From: the human T2T-CHM13v2.0 reference genome, Homo sapiens
Strand: one strand, 5' to 3'
NCBI RefSeq assembly: GCF_009914755.1
Contig: NC_060940.1
DNA length: 64,000 nt
The notes under the pieces were generated by a model. It saw nothing but the letters and a program-made list of their open reading frames with translations, had not been told where the DNA came from and made no database searches. The position numbers and the translations under genes are program-made. Below are positions 61,381 to 64,000 of the stretch, piece by piece. Every line of letters starts with the position of its first letter. Position 1 is the stretch's first letter.

Positions 61381-64000
61381 ATGGAAACGGGATTTCTTCA
61401 TATTATGCTAGACAGAAGATTTCTCAGTAACTTCTTTGTGTTGTGTGTACGCAACTCACAGAGTTCAACCTTCCTTTAGACAGAGCAGATTTGAAACACT
61501 CTTTTTGTGGAATTTGCAAGTGGAGATTTCAAGCGCTTCGATGCCAATGGTAGAAAAGGAAATATCTTCGTATAAAAACAAGACAAACTCGTTCCCAGAC
61601 ACTGCGTAGTGATGTGTGTGTTTAACTCACAGAGTTTAACCTTTCTTTTCATACAGCATTCTGGAAACCCTGTGTTTGTAAAGTCTGCAAGTGGATATTT
61701 GGACCTCTTAGATGCCTTCGTTGGAAACGGGATTTCTTCATATAATGCTAGAGGGAAGAATTCTTAGTAACTTCTTTGTGTTGTGTGTATTCAACTGACA
61801 GAGTTGAACCTTCCTTTAGACAGAGCAGATTTGAAAGTCTCTTTCTGTGGAATTTGCAAGTGGAGATTTCAAGCGCTTTGAGGCCAAAAGCAGAAAAGGA
61901 AATATTTTCCTATAAAAACTAGACAGAATCTTTCTCAGAAACTGCTCTGGGATGTGTGCGTTCAACTCACAGAGTTTAACTTTTCTTTTCATTCAGCAGT
62001 TTGGAAACACTCTGTTTGGAAAGTCTGCACGTGGATATTTTGACCTCTTTGAGGCCTTCGTTGGAAACGGGTTTTTTTCATGTAAGGCTAGACAGAAGAA
62101 ATCTCAGTAACTTCCTTGTGTTGTGTGTATTCAACTGACAGAGTTGAACCTTCCTTTAGACAGAGCAGATTCGAAACACTCTTTTTCTGCAATTTGCAAG
62201 TGGAGACTTCAAGCGCTTTGAGGCCAAAGGCAGAAAAGGAAATATCTTCGTATAAAAACCCGACAGAATCATTCTCAGAAACTGCTCTGTGATGTGTGCG
62301 TTCAACTCACAGAGTTTAACTTTTCTTTTCATTCAGCAGTTTGGAAACACTCTGTTTGTAAAGTCTGCAAGTGGATATCTTGGCCTCTTAGAGGCCTTCG
62401 TTGGAAGCGGGTTTTTTCATGTAAGGATAGACAGAGGAATTCCCAGTAACTTCCTTGTGTTGTGTGCATTCAACTCACAGAGTTGAATGATTCTTTACAC
62501 AGAGCACATTTGAGACACTCTTTTGGTGGAATTTGTAAGTGGAGAATTCAGCCGCTTTGAGGTCAACGATAGAAAAGCAAATATCTTCGTATAAAAACTA
62601 GACAGAATGATTCTCAGAAACTGTTTTGTGATGTGTGCGTTCAACTCACAGAGTTTAACCTTTCTTTTCAAAGAGCAGTTAGGAAACACTCTGTTTGTAA
62701 AGTCTGCAAGTGGATATTCAGACCTCTTTGAGGCCTTCGTTGGAAACGGGATTTCTTCATATTATGCTAGACAGATGAATTCTCAGTAACTTCCTTGTGT
62801 TGTGTGTATTCAACTCACAGAGTTAAACGATCCTTTACACAGAGCAGATTTGAAACACTGTTTTTCTGGAATTTGCAAGTGGAGATTTCAGCCCCTTTGA
62901 GGTCAATGGTAGAAAAGGAAATATCTTCGTATAAAAACTAGACAGAATGATTCTCAGAAACTCCTTTGTGATGTGTGCGTTCAACTCACAGAGTTTAACC
63001 TTTCTTTTCACAGAGCAGTTAGGAAACACTCTGTTTGTGAAGCCTGCCAGTGGATATTCGGACCTCTTTGAGGCCTTCGTTGGAAACGGGATTTCTTCAT
63101 ATTATGCTAGACAGAAGATTTCTCAGTAACTTCTTTGGGTTGTGTGTATGCAACTCACAGAGTTCAACCTTCCTTTAGACAGAGCAGATTTGAAACACTC
63201 TTTTTGTGGAATTTGCAAGTGGAGATTTCAAGCGCTTCGATACCAATGGTAGAAAAGGAAATATCTTCGTATAAAAACAAGACAAACTCGTTCCCAGACA
63301 CTGCGTAGTGATGTGTGTGTTTAACTCACAGAGTTTAACCTTTCTTTTCATACAGCATTCTGGAAACCCTGTGTTTGTAAAGTCTGCAAGTGGATATTTG
63401 GACCTCTTAGATGCCTTCGTTGGAAACGGGATTTCTTCATATAATGCTAGAGGGAAGAATTCTTAGTAACTTCTTTGTGTTGTGTGTATTCAACTGACAG
63501 AGTTGAACCTTCCTTTAGACAGAGCAGATTTGAAAGTCTCTTTTTGTGGAATTTGCAAGTGGAGATTTCAAGCGCTTTGAGGCCAAAAGCAGAAAAGGAA
63601 ATATTTTCCTATAAAAACTCGACAGAATCTTTCTCAGAAACTGCTCTGGGACGTGTGCGTTCAACTCACAGAGTTTAACTTTTCTTTTCATTCAGCAGTT
63701 TGGAAACACTCTGTTTGGAAAGTCTGCACGTGGATATTTTGACCTCTTTGAGGCCTTCGTTGGAAACGGGTTTTTTTCATGTAAGGCTAGACAGAAGAAA
63801 TCTCAGTAACTTCCTTGTGTTGTGTGTATTCAACTGACAGAGTTGAACCTTCCTTTAGACAGAGCAGATTCGAAAGACTCTTTTTCTGCAATTTGCAAGT
63901 GGAGACTTCAAGCGCTTTGAGGCCAAAGGCAGAAAAGGAAATATCTTCGTATAAAAACCCGACAGAATCATTCTCAGAAACTGCTCTGTGATGTGTGCGT

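Larger units (their letters stand above)
1..64000. repeat. Centromeric alpha-satellite HOR array, SF1 dimeric type, 10-mer of 1,699 bp; probably D16Z2 (human chromosome 16 active array)
   Basis: Seen: ~170-bp monomers, ~340-bp dimer period and near-identical 1,699-bp period throughout, with both ends open. Known: GAATTCTCAGTAACTTCCTTGTGTTGTGTGTATTCAACTCACAGAGTTGAACGATCCTTTACACAGAGCAG (from 1292) is the classic SF1 340-bp EcoRI dimer start. Inference: among human SF1 arrays the 10-mer/1.7-kb unit is D16Z2. The alpha-satellite call is near certain; the chromosome assignment is about 0.85. Confidence 0.98.

Noticed and set aside
291-63678. About 200 short ORFs (60-67 aa) on both strands as protein-coding genes
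   Set aside because: They recur with the satellite period, many start at GTG/TTG, they overlap on opposite strands, resemble no protein family I recognise, and appear or vanish with single satellite variants. They are useful only as positional anchors.
1-64000. CRISPR-like array or other repeat-spacer system
   Set aside because: The sequences between conserved motifs are themselves repeated homologous monomers, not unique spacers, and there are no cas or other genes.
1-64000. Transposon insertion (L1, Alu), inversion or non-satellite island
   Set aside because: Every anchor interval is 1,699, 1,697, 1,695 or 1,359 bp in the same orientation, leaving no room for an insert.
1-64000. A previously undescribed biological system
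   Set aside because: Everything visible is explained by a known class of centromeric satellite and its turnover; only array-level structural details may be unreported.

Overview
The whole 64 kb is one uninterrupted, single-orientation tandem array of primate (most likely human) centromeric alpha satellite. It is built from ~170-bp monomers paired into ~340-bp dimers (one CENP-B-box monomer plus one box-less monomer). Five dimers form a 1,699-bp 10-mer higher-order repeat (HOR). The dimer matches suprachromosomal family 1 (SF1), and a 1.7-kb SF1 10-mer best fits D16Z2, the active array of chromosome 16 (inference from recall, not a database search). Using the recurring ORF-track anchor (804, 2503, 4198 ... 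62289, 63988) there are 38 complete units: 27 of 1,699 bp, 5 of 1,697 bp, 2 of 1,695 bp and 4 of 1,359 bp (8-mers). I see no genes, RNA genes, transposon insertions, inversions or CRISPR array, and the ORFs are repeat artefacts. I found no new biological system. The informative structure is a nested history of multi-HOR duplications (6,790, 11,551 and 5,097 bp periods plus dispersed paralogous blocks), recurrent 8-mer formation, apparent conversion between adjacent dimers, CENP-B-box decay mostly at CpGs, and a perfect 10-bp dyad once per HOR. All variant comparisons were made by eye and may be incomplete.
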